Assembly (NCBI GenBank): GCA_964016885.1
Contig: OZ024749.1
Location: 15,748,001-15,812,000, forward strand
Length of the DNA: 64,000 bases
DNA from: Eledone cirrhosa
Lineage: Eukaryota
Direction: 5' to 3'
Shown: positions 11,701-27,026 of the stretch, in pieces
Layout of the letters: each line of letters begins with the position of its first letter
How positions within the stretch are numbered: the first letter of the stretch is position 1
The notes under the pieces: model-generated
Databases searched by the model: none
What the model saw: the letters and a program-made list of their open reading frames with translations, nothing else
What the model was told of the DNA's origin: nothing
Position numbers and translations under genes: made by a program

Positions 11701-14700
11701 CCACCCAACCAGCTAACCCATACACACAAGCACACATTCAACCAGCTAACCCATACACCCAGCCATCCACCCAACCAGCTAACCCATACACCCAGCCCTC
11801 CACCCAACCAGCTAACCCATACACCCAGCCATCCACCCAACCAGCTAACCCATACACCCAACCACACATTCAACCAGCTAACCCATACACCCGGCCCTCC
11901 ACCCAACCAGCTAACCCATACACCCAGCCATCCACTCAACCAGCTAACCCATGCACCCAGCTCTCCACCCAACCAGCTAACCCATGCACCCAGCCATCCA
12001 CCCAACCAGCTAACCCATGCACCCAGCCATCCACCCAACCAGCTAACACATACACCCAGCCATCCACCCAACCAGCTAACCCATGCACCCAGCCATACAC
12101 CCAACCAGCTAACCTATACACCCAGCCCTCCACCCTACCAGCTAACCCATGCAGCCAGACCTCCACTCAACCAGCTAACCCCTGCACCCAGCTATCCACC
12201 CAACCAGCTAACCCATACACCCAGCCCTCCACCCAACCAGCTAACCCATGCACCCAGCCATCCACCCAACCAGCTAAGCCATACACCCAGCCATCCCCCA
12301 ACCAGCTAACCCATGCACCCAGCCATCCACCCAACCAGCTAACCAATACACCCAGCCCTCCACCCAACCAGCTAAGCCATACACCCAGCCATCCCCCAAC
12401 CAGCTAACCCATGCACCCAGCCCTCCACCCAATCAGCTAACCCATACACCCAGCCCTCCAGCCAACCAGCTAAGACATACACCCAGCCATCCCCCAACCA
12501 GCTAACCCATGCACCCAGCCCTCCACCCAACCAGCTAACCCATACACCCAGCCATCCACCCAACCAGCTAAGCCATACACCCAGCCCTCCACCCAACCAG
12601 CTAACCCATGCACCCAGCCATCCACCCAACCAGCTAACCCATGCACCCAGCCATCCACCCAACCAGCTAACCCAAACACCCAGCCCTCCACCCAACCAGC
12701 TAAGCCATACACCCAGCCATCCCCCAACCAGCTAACCCATGCACCCAGACGTCCACCCAACCAGCTAACCCATACACCCAGCCATCCACCTAACCAGCTA
12801 AGCCATACACCCAGCCATCCCCCCAACCAGCTAACCCATGCACCCAGCCATCCACCCAACCAGCTAACCCATACACCCAGCCATCCCCCAACCAGCGAAC
12901 CCATGCACCCAGCCATCCACCCAACTAGCTAACCCATACACCCAGCCCTCCACCCAACCAGCTAAGCCATACACCCAGCCATCCCCCAACCAGCTAACCC
13001 ATGCACCCAGCCCTCCACCCAACCAGCTAACCCATACACCCAGCCCTCCACCCAACCAGCTAAGTCATACACCCAGCCATCCCCCAACCAGCTAACCCAT
13101 GCACCCAGCCCTCCACCCAACGAGCTAACCCATACACCCAGCCATCCACCCAACCAGCTAAGCCATACACCCAGCCATCCACCCAACCAGCTAACCCATG
13201 CACCCAGCCCTCCACCCAACCAGCTAACCCATGCACCCAGCCATCCACCAAACCAGCTAACCCATGCACCCAGCCATCCACCCAACCAGCTAACCCATAC
13301 ACCCAGGCCTCCACCCAACCAGCTAAGCCATACACCCAGCCATCCCCCAACCAGCTAACCCATGCACCCAGCCCTCCACCCAACCAGCTAACCCATACAC
13401 CCAGCCATCCACCCAACCAGCTAACCCATGCACCCAGCCATCCACCCAACCAGCTAACCCATACACCCAGGCCTCCACCCAACCAGCTAAGCCATACACC
13501 CAGCCATCCCCCAACCAGCTAACCCATGCACCCAGCCCTCCACCCAACCAGCTAACCCATACACCCAGCCATCCACCCAACCAGCTAAGCCATACACCCA
13601 GCCATCCACCCAACCAGCTAACCCATGCACCCAGCCCTCCACCCAACCAGCTAACCCATGCACCCAGCCCTCCACCCAACCAGCTAACCCATGCACCCAG
13701 CCCTCCACCCAACCAGCTAACCCATGCACCCAGCCATCCACCCAACCAGCTAAGCCATACACCCAGCCATCCCCCCAACCACCTAACCCATACACCCAGC
13801 CATCCACCGAACCTGCTAACCCATGCACCCAGCCATCCACCCAACCAGCTAACCCATACACACAGCCCTCCACCCAACCAGCTAACCCATACACCGAGCC
13901 ATCCCCCAACCAGCTAACCCATACACCCAGCCCTCCCCCCAACCAGCTAACCCATGCACCCAGCCCTCCACCCAACCAGCTAACCCATACACCCAGCCCT
14001 CCACCCAACCAGCTAAGGCATACACCCAGCCATCCCCCAACCAGCTAACCCATTCACCCAGCCCTCCACCCAACCAGCTAACCCATACACCCAGCCATCC
14101 CCCAACCAGCTAACCCATACACCCAACCACACATTCAACCAGCTAACCCATGCAGCCAGCCATCCACCCAACCAGCTAACCCATACACCCAGCCATCCAC
14201 CCAACCAGCTAACCCATGCACCCAGCCATCCACCCAACCAGCTAACCCATACACCCAGCCCTCCACCCAACCAGCTAACCCATGCTCCCAGCCATCCACC
14301 CAACCAGCTAAGCCATACACCCAGACATCCCCCTAACCAGCTAACCGATACACCCAGCCATCCACCCAACCAGCTAACCCATGCACCCAGCCCTCCACCC
14401 AACCAGCTAACCCATACACCCAGCCATCCCCCAACCAGCTAACCCATACACCCAGACTTCCCCCCAACCAGCTAACCCATGCACCCAGCCCTCCACCCAA
14501 CCAGCTAACCCATACACCCAGCCCTCCACCCAACCAGCTAACCCATACACCCAGTCCTCCCCCCAACCAGCTAACCCATGCACCCAGCCCTCCACCCAAC
14601 CAGCTAACCCATACACCCAGCCCTCCACCCAACCAGCTAAGCCATACACCCAGCCATCCCCCAACCAGCTAACCCATTCACCCAGCCCTCCACCCAACCA

Positions 14701-17700
14701 GCTAACCCATACACCCAGCCATCCCCCAACCAGCTAACCCATACACCCAGCCCTCCCACCAAAAGCTAACCCATGCACCCAGCCCTCCACCCAACCAGCT
14801 AAGCCATACACCCAGCCATCCCCCAACCAGCTAACCCATACACACAGCCCTCCCCCCAACCAGCTAACCCATGCACCCAGCCCTCCACAAAACCAGCTAA
14901 CCCATACACCCAGCCCTCCACCCAACCAGCTAAGCCATACACCTAGCCATCCCTCAACCAGCTAACCCATACACCCAGCCCTCCACCCAACCAGCTAACC
15001 CATACACCCAGCCATCCACTCAACCAGCTAACCCATACACCCAACCATCCACTCAACCAGCTAACCCATGCACCCAGCCCTCCACCCAACCAGCTAACCC
15101 ATGCACCCAGCCATCCACCCAACCAGCTAACCCATGCACCCAGCCATCCCCAACCATCTAACCCATGCACCCAGCCCTCCACCCAACCAGCTAACCCATG
15201 CACCCAGCCATCCACCCAACCAGCTAACCCATACACCCAGCCATCCACCCAACCAGCTAACCCATGCACCCAGCCCTCCACCCAACCAGCTAACCCATGC
15301 ACCCAGCCATCCACCCAACCAGCTAACCCATGCACCCAGCCATCCATCCAACCAGCTAACCCATACACCCAGCCATCCACCCAACCAGCTAAGCCATACA
15401 CCCAGCCATCCACCCAACCAGCTAACCCATGCACCCAGCCCTCCACCCAACCAGCTAACCCATGCACCCAGCCATCCACCCAACCAGCTAACCCATGCAC
15501 CCAGCCCTCCACCCAACCAGCTAACCCATGCAGCCAGCCATCCACCCAACCAGCTAACCCATACACCCAGCCATTCACCCAACCAGCTAACCCATGCACC
15601 CAGCCATCCACCCAACCAGCTAACCCATACACCCAGCCATCCACCCAACCAGCTAAGCCATACACCCAGCCATCCACCCAACCAGTTAACCCATACACCC
15701 AACCACACATTCAACCAGCTAACCCATACACCCAGCCATCCACCCAACCAGCTAACCCATGCACCCAGCCATCCACCCAACCAGCTAACCCATACACCCA
15801 GCCATCCACCCATCCAGCTAACCCATACACCCAACCACACATTCAACCAGCTAACCCATACACCCAGCCATCCACCCAACCAGCTAAGCCATACACCCAG
15901 CCCTCCACCCAACCAGCCCAACCCATACACCCAACCACACATTCAACCAGCTAACCCATACACCCCGCCATCCACCCAACCAGCTAACCCTAACCCAACC
16001 ACACATTCAACCAGCTAACCCATACACCCAGCCATCCACCCAACCAGCTAGCCCATACACCCAGCCCTCCACCCAACCAGCTAACCCATGCACCCAGCCC
16101 TCCACCCAACCAGCTAAGCCATACACCCAGCCCTCCACCCAACCAGCTAACCCATACACCCAGCCATCCACTCAACCAGCTAACCCATGCACCCAGCCAT
16201 CCACCCAACCAGCTAACCCATGCACCCAGCCCTCCACCCAACCAGCTAACCCATGCAGCCAGCCATCCACCCAACCAGCTAACCCATACACCCAGCCATC
16301 CACACAACCAGCTAACCCATGCACCCAGCCATCCACCCAACCAGCTAACCCATGCACCCAGCCCTCCACCCAACCAGCTAACCCATGCACCCAGCCCTCC
16401 ACCCAACCAGCTAACCCATGCACCCAGCCCTCCACCCAACCAGCTAACCCTTGCACCCAGCCATCCACCCAACCAGCTAATCCATGCACCCAGCCATCCA
16501 CCCAACCAGCTAACCCATTCACCCAGCCCTCCACCCAACCAGCTAACCCAGGCACCCAGCCCTCCACCCAACCAGCTAACCCATGCACCCAGCCCTCCAC
16601 CCAACCAGCTAACCCATGCACCCAGCCATCCACCCAACGAGCTAACCCATGCACCCAGCCATCCACCCAACCAGCTAAGCCATACACCCAGCCCTCCACC
16701 CAACCAGCTAACCCATACACCCAGCCATCCACCCAACCAGCTAACCCATACACCCAGCCATCCACCCAACCAGCTAAGCCATACACCCAGCCCTCCACCC
16801 AACCAGCTAACCCATACACCCAGCCATCCACCCAACCAGCTAAGCCATACACCCAGCCCTCCACCCAACCAGCTAACCCATACACCCAGCCATTCACCCA
16901 ACCAGCTAACCCATGCACCCAGCCATTCACCCAACCAGCTAACCCATACACCCAGCCATCCACCCAACCAGCTAACCCATACACCCAGCCATCCACCCAA
17001 CCACTAAGCCATACACCCAGCCCTCCACCCAACCAGCTAACCCATACACCCAGCCATCCACACAACCAGCTAAGCCATTCACCCAGCCATCCACCCAACC
17101 AGCTAACCCATGCACCCAGCCATCCACCCAACCAGCTAAGCCATGCATCCAGCCCTCCACCCAACCAGCTAACCCATACACCCAGCCATCCACCCAACCA
17201 GCTAACCCATGCACCCAGCCATCCACCCAACCAGCTAACCCATGCACCCAGCCCTCCACCCAACCAGCTAACCCATGCACCCAGCCATCCACCCAACCAG
17301 CTAACCCATGCACCCAGCCCTCCACCCAATCAGCAAACCCATACACCCAGCCATTCACCCAACCAGCTAACCCATGCACCCAGCCCTCCACCCAACCAGC
17401 TAACCCATACACCCAGCCATCCACCCAACCAGCTATCCCATGCACCCAGCCATCCACCCAACCAGCTAACCCATGCACCCAGCCATCCACCCAACCAGCT
17501 AACCCATGCACACAGCCATCCACCCAACCAGCTAACCCATGCACCCAGCCATTCACCCAACCAGCAACCCATGCACCCAGCCATCCACCCAACCAGCTAA
17601 CCCATACACCCAGCCATCCACCCAACCAGCTAACCCATGCACCCAGCCATCCACCCAACCAGCTAACCCATGCACTCAGCCATCCACCCAACCAGCTAAC

Positions 17701-20700
17701 CCATACACCCAGCCATCCACCCAACCAGCTAAGCCATACACCCAGCCCTCCACCCAACCAGCTAACCCATACACCCAGCCATCCACCCAACCAGCTAAGC
17801 CATACACCCAGCCCTCCACCCAACCAGCTAACCCATACACCCAGCCATTCACCCAACCAGCTAACCCATGCACCCAGCCATTCACCCAACCAGCTAACCC
17901 ATGCACCCAGCCATCCACCCAACAGGCTAACCCATACACCCAGCCATCCACCCAACCACTAAGCCATACACCCAGCCCTCCACCCAACCAGCTAACCCAT
18001 ACACCCAGCCATCCACACAACCAGCTAAGCCATTCACCCAGCCATCCACCCAACCAGCTAACCCATGCACCCAGCCATCCACCCAACCAGCTAACCCATG
18101 CATCCAGCCCTCCACCCAACCAGCTAACCCATACACCCAGCCATCCACCCAACCAGCTAACCCATGCACCCAGCCATCCACCCAACCAGCTAACCCATGA
18201 ACCCAGCCCTCCACCCAACCAGCTAACCCATGCACCCAGCCATCCACCCAACCAGCTAACCCATGCACCCAGCCCTCCACCCAATCAGCTAACCCATACA
18301 CCCAGCCATTCACCCAACCAGTTAACCCATGCACCCAGCCCTCCACCCAACCAGCTAACCCATACACCCAGCCATCCACCCAACCAGCTATCCCATGCAC
18401 CCAGCCATCCACCCAACCAGCTAACCCATGCACCCAGCCATCCACCCAACCAGCTAACCCATGCACCCAGCCATCCACCCAACCAGCTAACCCATGCACC
18501 CAGCCATTCACCCAACAAGCAACCCATGCACCCAGCCATCCACCCAACCAGCTAACCCATACACCCAGCCATCCACCCAACCAGCTAACCCATGCACCCA
18601 GCCATCCACCCAACCAGCTAACCCATGCACCCAGCCATCCACCCAACCAGCTAACCCATGCACCCAGCCATCCACCCAACCAGCTAACCCATGCACCCAG
18701 CCATCCACCCAACCAGCTAACCCATGCACCCAGCCATCCACCCAACCAGCTAACCCATGCACCCAGCCATTCACCCAACCAGCACCCCATGCACCCAGCC
18801 CTCCACCCAACCAGCTAACCCATACACCCAGCCATCCACCCAACCAGCTAACCCATACACCCAGCCATCCACCCAACCAGCTAACCCATACACCCAGCCA
18901 TCCTCCCAACCAGCTAACCCATACACCCAGCCATCCACCCAACCATCTATCCCATGCACCCAGCCATCCACCCAACCAGCTAACCCATGCACCCAGCCAT
19001 TCACCCAACCAGCAACCCATGCACCCAGCCCTCCACCCAACCAGCTAACCCATACACCCAGCCATCCACCCAACCAGCTAACCCATACACCCAGCCATCC
19101 ACCCAACCAGCTAACCCATGCACCCAGCCATCCACCCAACCAGCTAACCCATGCACCCAGCCATCCACCCAACCAGCTAACCCATACACCCAGCCATCCA
19201 CCCATCCAGCTAACCCATACACCCAACCACACATTCAACCAGCTAACCCATACACCCAGCCATCCACCCAACCAGCTAAGCCATACACCCAGCCCTCCAC
19301 CCAACCAGCCCAACCCATACACCCAACCACACATTCAACCAGCTAACCCATACACCCCGCCATCCACCCAACCAGCTAACCCTAACCCAACCACACATTC
19401 AACCAGCTAACCCATACACCCAGCCATCCACCCAACCAGCTAACCCATGCACCCAGCCCTCCAACCAATCAGCTAAGCCATACACCCAGCCCTCCACCCA
19501 ACCAGCTAACCCATACACCCAGCCATCCACTCAACCAGCTAACCCATGCACCCAGCCATCCACCCAACCAGCTAACCCATACACCCAGCCCTCCACCCAA
19601 CCAGCTAACCCATGCAGCCAGCCATCCACCCAACCAGCTAACCCATACACCCAGCCATCCACACAACCAGCTAACCCATGCACCCAGCCATCCACCCAAC
19701 CAGCTAACCCATGCACCCAGCCCTCCACCCAACCAGCTAACCCATGCACCCAGCCCTCCACCCAACCAGCTAACCCATGCACCCAGCCCTCCACCCCACC
19801 AGCTAACCCTTGCACCCAGCCATCCACCCAACCAGCTAATCCATGCACCCAGCCATCCACCCAACCAGCTAACCCATTCACCCAGCCCTCTACCCAACCA
19901 GCTAACCCAGGCACCCAGCCCTCCACCCAACCAGCTAACCCATGCACCCAGCCCTCCACCCAACCAGCTAACCCATGCACCCAGCCATCCACCCAACCAG
20001 CTAACCCATGCACCCAGCCATCCACCCAACCAGCTAAGCCATACACCCAGCCCTCCACCCAACCAGCTAACCCATACACCCAGCCATCCACCCAACCAGC
20101 TAACCCATACACCCAGCCATCCACCCAACCAGCTAAGCCATACACCCAGCCCTCCACCAAACCAGCTAACCCATACACCCAGCCATCCACCCAACCAGCT
20201 AAGCCATACACCCAGCCCTCCACCCAACCAGCTAACCCATACACCCAGCCATTCACCCAACCAGCTAACCCATGCACCCAGCCATTCACCCAACCAGCTA
20301 ACCCATGCACCCAGCCATCCACCCAACCAGCTAACCCATACACCCAGCCATCCACCCAACCACTAAGCCATACACCCAGCCCTCCACCCAACCAGCTAAC
20401 CCATACACCCAGCCATCCACACAACCAGCTAAGCCATTCACCCAGCCATCCACCCAACCAGCTAACCCATGCACCCAGCCATCCACCCAACCAGCTAACC
20501 CATGCATCCAGCCCTCCACCCAACCAGCTAACCCATACACCCAGCCATCCACCCAACCAGCTAACCCATGCACCCAGCCCTCCACCCAACCAGCTAACCC
20601 ATACACCCAGCCATCCACCCAACCAGCTATCCCATGCACCCAGCCATCCACCCAACCAGCTAACCCATGCACCCAGCCATCCACCCAACCAGCTAACCCA

Positions 20701-23700
20701 TGCACCCAGCCATCCACCCAACCAGCTAACCCATGCACCCAGCCATTCACCCAACCAGCAACCCATGCACCCAGCCATCCACCCAACCAGCTAACCCATA
20801 CACCCAGCCATCCACCCAACCAGCTAACCCATGCACCCAGCCATCCACCCAACCAGCTAACCCATGCACCCAGCCATCCACCCAACCAGCTAACCCATAC
20901 ACCCAGCCATCCACCCAACCAGCTAAGCCATACACCCAGCCCTCCACCCAACCAGCTAACCCATACACCCAGCCATCCACCCAACCAGCTAAGCCATACA
21001 CCCAGCCCTCCACCCAACCAGCTAACCCATACACCCAGCCATTCACCCAACCAGCTAACCCATGCACCCAGCCATTCACCCAACCAGCTAACCCATGCAC
21101 CCAGCCATCCACCCAACCAGCTAACCCATACACCCAGCCATCCACCCAACCACTAAGCCATACACCCAGCCCTCCACCCAACCAGCTAACCCATACACCC
21201 AGCCATCCACACAACCAGCTAAGCCATTCACCCAGCCATCCACCCAACCAGCTAACCCATGCACCCAGCCATCCACCCAACCAGCTAACCCATGCATCCA
21301 GCCCTCCACCCAACCAGCTAACCCATACACCCAGCCATCCACCCAACCAGCTAACCCATGCACCCAGCCATCCACCCAACCAGCTAACCCATGCACCCAG
21401 CCCTCCACCCAACCAGCTAACCCATGCACCCAGCCATCCACCCAACCAGCTAACCCATGCACCCAGCCCTCCACCCAATCAGCTAACCCATACACCCAGC
21501 CATTCACCCAACCAGCTAACCCATGCACCCAGCCCTCCACCCAACCAGCTAACCCATACACCCAGCCATCCACCCAACCAGCTATCCCATGCACCCAGCC
21601 ATCCACCCAACCAGCTAACCCATGCACCCAGCCATCCACCCAACCAGCTAACCCATGCACCCAGCCATCCACCCAACCAGCTAACCCATGCACCCAGCCA
21701 TTCACCCAACCAGCAACCCATGCACCCAGCCATCCACCCAACCAGCTAACCCATACACCCAGCCATCCACCCAACCAGCTAACCCATGCACCCAGCCATC
21801 CACCCAACCAGCTAACCCATGCACCCAGCCATCCACCCAACCAGCTAACCCATGCACCCAGCCATCCACCCAACCAGCTACCCCATGCACCCAGCCATTC
21901 ACCCAACCAGCAACCCATGCACCCAGCCCTCCACCCAACCAGCTAACCCATACACCCAGCCATCCACCCAACCAGCTAACCCATGCACCCAGCCATCCAC
22001 CCAACCAGCTAACCCATGCACCCAGCCATCCACCCAACCAGCTAACCCATGCACCCAGCCATCCACCCAACCAGCTACCCCATGCACCCAGCCATTCACC
22101 CAACCAGCAACCCATGCACCCAGCCCTCCACCCAACCAGCTAACCCATACACCCAGCCATCCACCCAACCAGCTAACCCATACACCCAGCCATCCACCCA
22201 ACCAGCTAACCCATACACCCAGCCATCCTCCCAACCAGCTAACCCATACACCCAGCCATCCACCCAACCATCTATCCCATGCACCCAGCCATCCACCCAA
22301 CCAGCTAACCCATGCACCCAGCCATTCACCCAACCAGCAACCCATGCACCCAGCCCTCCACCCAACCAGCTAACCCATACACCCAGCCATCCACCCAACC
22401 AGCTAACCCATACACCCAGCCATCCACCCAACCAGCTAACCCATGCACCCAGCCATCCACCCAACCAGCTAACCCATGCACCCAGCCATTCACCCAACCA
22501 GCTAACCCATGCACCGAACCATCCACCCAACCAGCTAACCCATGCACCCAGCCACCCACCCAACCAGCTAACCCATGCACGCAGCCATCCACCCAACCAG
22601 CTAACCCATGCACCCAGCCATCCACCCAACCAGCTAACCCATGCACCCAGCCATCCACCCAACCAGCTAACCCATACACCCAACCACAGATTCAACCAGC
22701 TAACCCATACACCCAACCACACATTCAACCACCTAACCCATACACCCAGCCCTCCACCCAACCAGCTAACCCATGCACCCAGCCATCCACCCAACCAGCT
22801 AACCCATGCACCCAGCCATCCACCCAACCAGCTAACCCATGCACCCAGCCATCCACCCAACTAGCTAACCCATACACCCAACCATCCACCCAACCAGCTA
22901 ACCCATGCACCCAGCCATCCACCCAACCACTCATTCAACCGGCTAACCCATACACCCAGCCATCCACCCAACCAGCTAACCCATACACCCAACCACACAT
23001 TCAACCAGCTAACCCATGCACCCCGTTATCCAGCCAACCAGCTAACCCATGCACCCAGCCCTCCACCCAACCAGCTAACACATACACCCAACCACACATT
23101 CAACCAGCTAACCCATGCACCCAGCCATACACCCAACCAGCCAACCCCTGCACCCAGCCCTCCACCCAACCAGCTAACCCATACACCCAACCACACATTC
23201 AACCAGCTAACCCATACACCCAGCCATCCACCCAACCAGCTAACCCATACACCCAACCACACATTCAACCAGCTAACCCATGCACCCAGCCATCCACCCA
23301 ACCAGCTAACCCATACACCCAGCCATCTACCCAACCAGCTAACCCATACACCCAGCCCTCCACCCAACCACCTAACCCATACACCCAGCCATCCACCCAA
23401 CCAGCTAACCCATAAACCCAGCCATCCACCCAACCAGCTAACCCATACACCCAACCACACATTCAACCAGCTAACCCATGCACCCAGCCATCCCCCAACC
23501 AGCTAACCCATACACCCAGCCATCCACTCAACCAGCTAACCCATACACCCAGCCATCCACCCAACCAGCTAAAGCATACACCCAGGCATCCACCCAACTA
23601 GCTAACCCATACACCCAGCCATCCACCCAACCAGCTAACCCATACACCCAGCCATCCACCCAACCAGCTAACCCATACACCCAACCACACATTGAACCAG

Positions 23701-26700
23701 CTAACCCATACACCCAACCACACATTAAACCAGCTAACCCATACACCCAGCCATCCACCCACCAGCTAACCCTAACCCAACCACACATTCAACCAGCTAA
23801 CCCATACAACCAGCCATCCACCCAACCTGCTAACCCATACACCCAGCCCTCCACCCAACCAGCTAACCCATACACCCAACCACACATTCAACCAGCTAAC
23901 CCATACAGCCAACCCTCAACCCAACCAGCTAACCCATACACCCAGCCATCCACCCAACCAGCTAACCCATACGCCCAGCCATCCACCCAACCAGCTAACC
24001 CATACACCCAACCCTCCAGCCAACCCATACACCCAACCACACATTCAACCAGTTAACCCATACACCCAACCACACATTCAACCAGCTAACCCATACACCC
24101 AACCCTCCACCCAACCAGCTAACCCATACACCCAACCCTCCAGCCAACCCATACACCCAACCACACATTCAACCAGTTAACCCATACACCCAACCACACA
24201 TTCAACCAGCTAACCAATACACCCAACCCTCCACCCAACCAGCTAACCCATACACCCAACCCTCCACCCAACCAGCTAACCCATACACCCAACCCTCCAG
24301 CCAACCCATACACCCAACCACACATTCAACCAGCTAACATATCCACTATACCATCTACCTATCCAGCTAACGCATACACTCAACCCTCCACCCAAACAGC
24401 TAACCCATACACCCAACCCTCCACCCAAACAGCTAACCCATGCACCCAGCCCTCCACCCAACCAGCTAACCCATACACCCAGCCATCCACCCAACCAGCT
24501 AACCCATGCACCCAGCCATCCACCCAACCAGCTAATCCATGCACCCAGCCATCCACCCAACCAGCTAACCCATGCACCCAGCCATCCATCCAACCAGCTA
24601 ACCCATGCACCCAGCCATCCACCCAACCAGCTAACCCATGCACCCAGCCATCCACCCAACCAGCTAAGCCATGCACCCAGCCATTCACCCAACCAGCAAC
24701 CCATGCACCCAGCCCTCCACCCAACCAGCTAACCCATACACCCAGCCATCCACCCAACCAGCTAACCCATACACCCAGCCATCCACCCAACCAGCTAACC
24801 CATACACCCAGCCATCCACCCAACCAGCTAACCCATACACCCAGCCATCAACCCAACCAGCTATCCCATGCACCCAGCCATCCACCCAACCAGCTAACCC
24901 ATGCACCCAGCCATTCACCCAACCAGCAACCCATGCACCCAGCCCTCCACCCAAACAGCTAACCCATACACCCAGCCATCCACCCAACCAGCTAACCCAT
25001 ACACCCAGCCATCCACCCAACCAGCTAACCCATGCACCCAGCCATCCACCCAACCAGCTAACCCATGCACCCAGCCATTCACCCAACCAGCTAACCCATG
25101 CACCCAACCATCCACCCAACCAGCTAACCCATGCACCCAGCCACCCACCCAACCAGCTAACCCATGCACCCAGCCATCCACCCAACCAGCTAACCCATGC
25201 ACCCAGCCATCCACCCAACCAGCTAACCCATGCACCCAGCCATCCACCCAACCAGCTAACCCATACACCCAACCACAGATTCAACCAGCTAACCCATACA
25301 CCCAACCACACATTCAACCACCTAACCCATACACCCAGCCCTCCACCCAACCAGCTAACCCATGCACCCAGCCATCCACCCAACCAGCTAACCCATGCAC
25401 CCAGCCATCCACCCAACCAGTTATCCCATGCACCCAGCCATCCACCGAACTAGCTAACCCATACACCCAACCATCCACCCAACCAGCTAAACCATGCACC
25501 CAGCCATCCACCCAACCAACTAACCCATACACCCAACCACTCATTCAACCAGCTAACCCATACACCCAGCCATCCACCCAACCAGCTAACCCATACACCC
25601 AACCACACATTCAACCAGCTAACCCATGCACCCAGCCATCCAGCCAACCAGCTAACCCATGCACCCAGCCCTCCACCCAACCAGCTAACACATACACCCA
25701 ACCACACATTCAACCACCTAACCCATACACCCAGCCCTCCACCCAACCAGCTAACCCATGCACCCAGCCATCCACCCAACCAGCTAACCCATGCACCCAG
25801 CCATCCACCCAACCAGCTAACCCATGCACCCAGCCATCCACCCAACCAGCTAACCCATGCACCCAGCCATCCACCCAACCAGCTAACCCAAACACCCAGC
25901 CCTCCACCCAACCAGCTAAGCCATACACCCAGCCATCCCCCAACCAGCTAACCCATGCACCCAGCCCTCCACCCAACCAGCTAACCCATACATCCAGCCC
26001 TCCACCCAACCAGCTAAGTCATACACCCAGCCATCCCCCAACCAGCTAACCCATGCACCCAGCCCTCCACCCAATCAGCTAACCCATGCACCCAGCCATC
26101 CACCCAACCAGCTAACCCATGCACCCAGCCATCCACCAAACCAGCTAACCCATGCACCCAGCCATCCACCCAACCAGCTAACCCATACACCCAGGCCTCC
26201 ACCCAACCAGCTAAGCCATACACCCAGCCATCCACCCAACCAGCTAACCCATGCACCCAGCCCTCCACCCAACCAGCTAACCCATGCACCCTGCCCTCCA
26301 CCCAACCAGCTAACCCATGCACCCAGCCCTCCACCCAACCAGCTAACCCATGCACCCAGCCATCCACCCAACCAGCTAAGCCATACACCCAGCCATCCCC
26401 CCAACCAGCTAACCCATACACCCAGCCATCCACCCAACCAGCTAACCCATGCACCCAGCCATCCACCCAACCAGCTAACCCATACACACAGCCCTCCACC
26501 CAACCAGCTAACCCATACACCCAGCCATCCCCCAACCAGCTAACCCATACACCCAGCCCTCCCCCCAACCAGCTAACCCATGCACCCAGCCCTCCACCCA
26601 TCCAGCTAACCCATACACCCAGCCCTCCACCCAACCAGCTAAGGCATACACCCAGCCATCCCCCAACCAGCTAACCCATTCACCCAGCCCTCCACCCAAC

Positions 26701-27026
26701 CAGCTAACCCATACACCCAGCCATCCCCCAACCAGCTAACCCATACACCCAACCACACATTCAACCAGCTAACCCATGCAGCCAGCCATCCACCCAACCA
26801 GCTAACCCATACACCCAGCCATCCACCCAACCAGCTAACCCATGCACCCAGCCATCCACCCAACCTGCTAACCCATACACCCAGCCCTCCACCCAACCAG
26901 ATAACCCATGCTCCCAGCCATCCACCCAACCAGCTAAGCCATACACCCAGACATCCCCCCAACCAGCTAACCCATACACCCAGCCATCCACCCAATCAGC
27001 TAACCCATGCACCCAGCCCTCCACCC

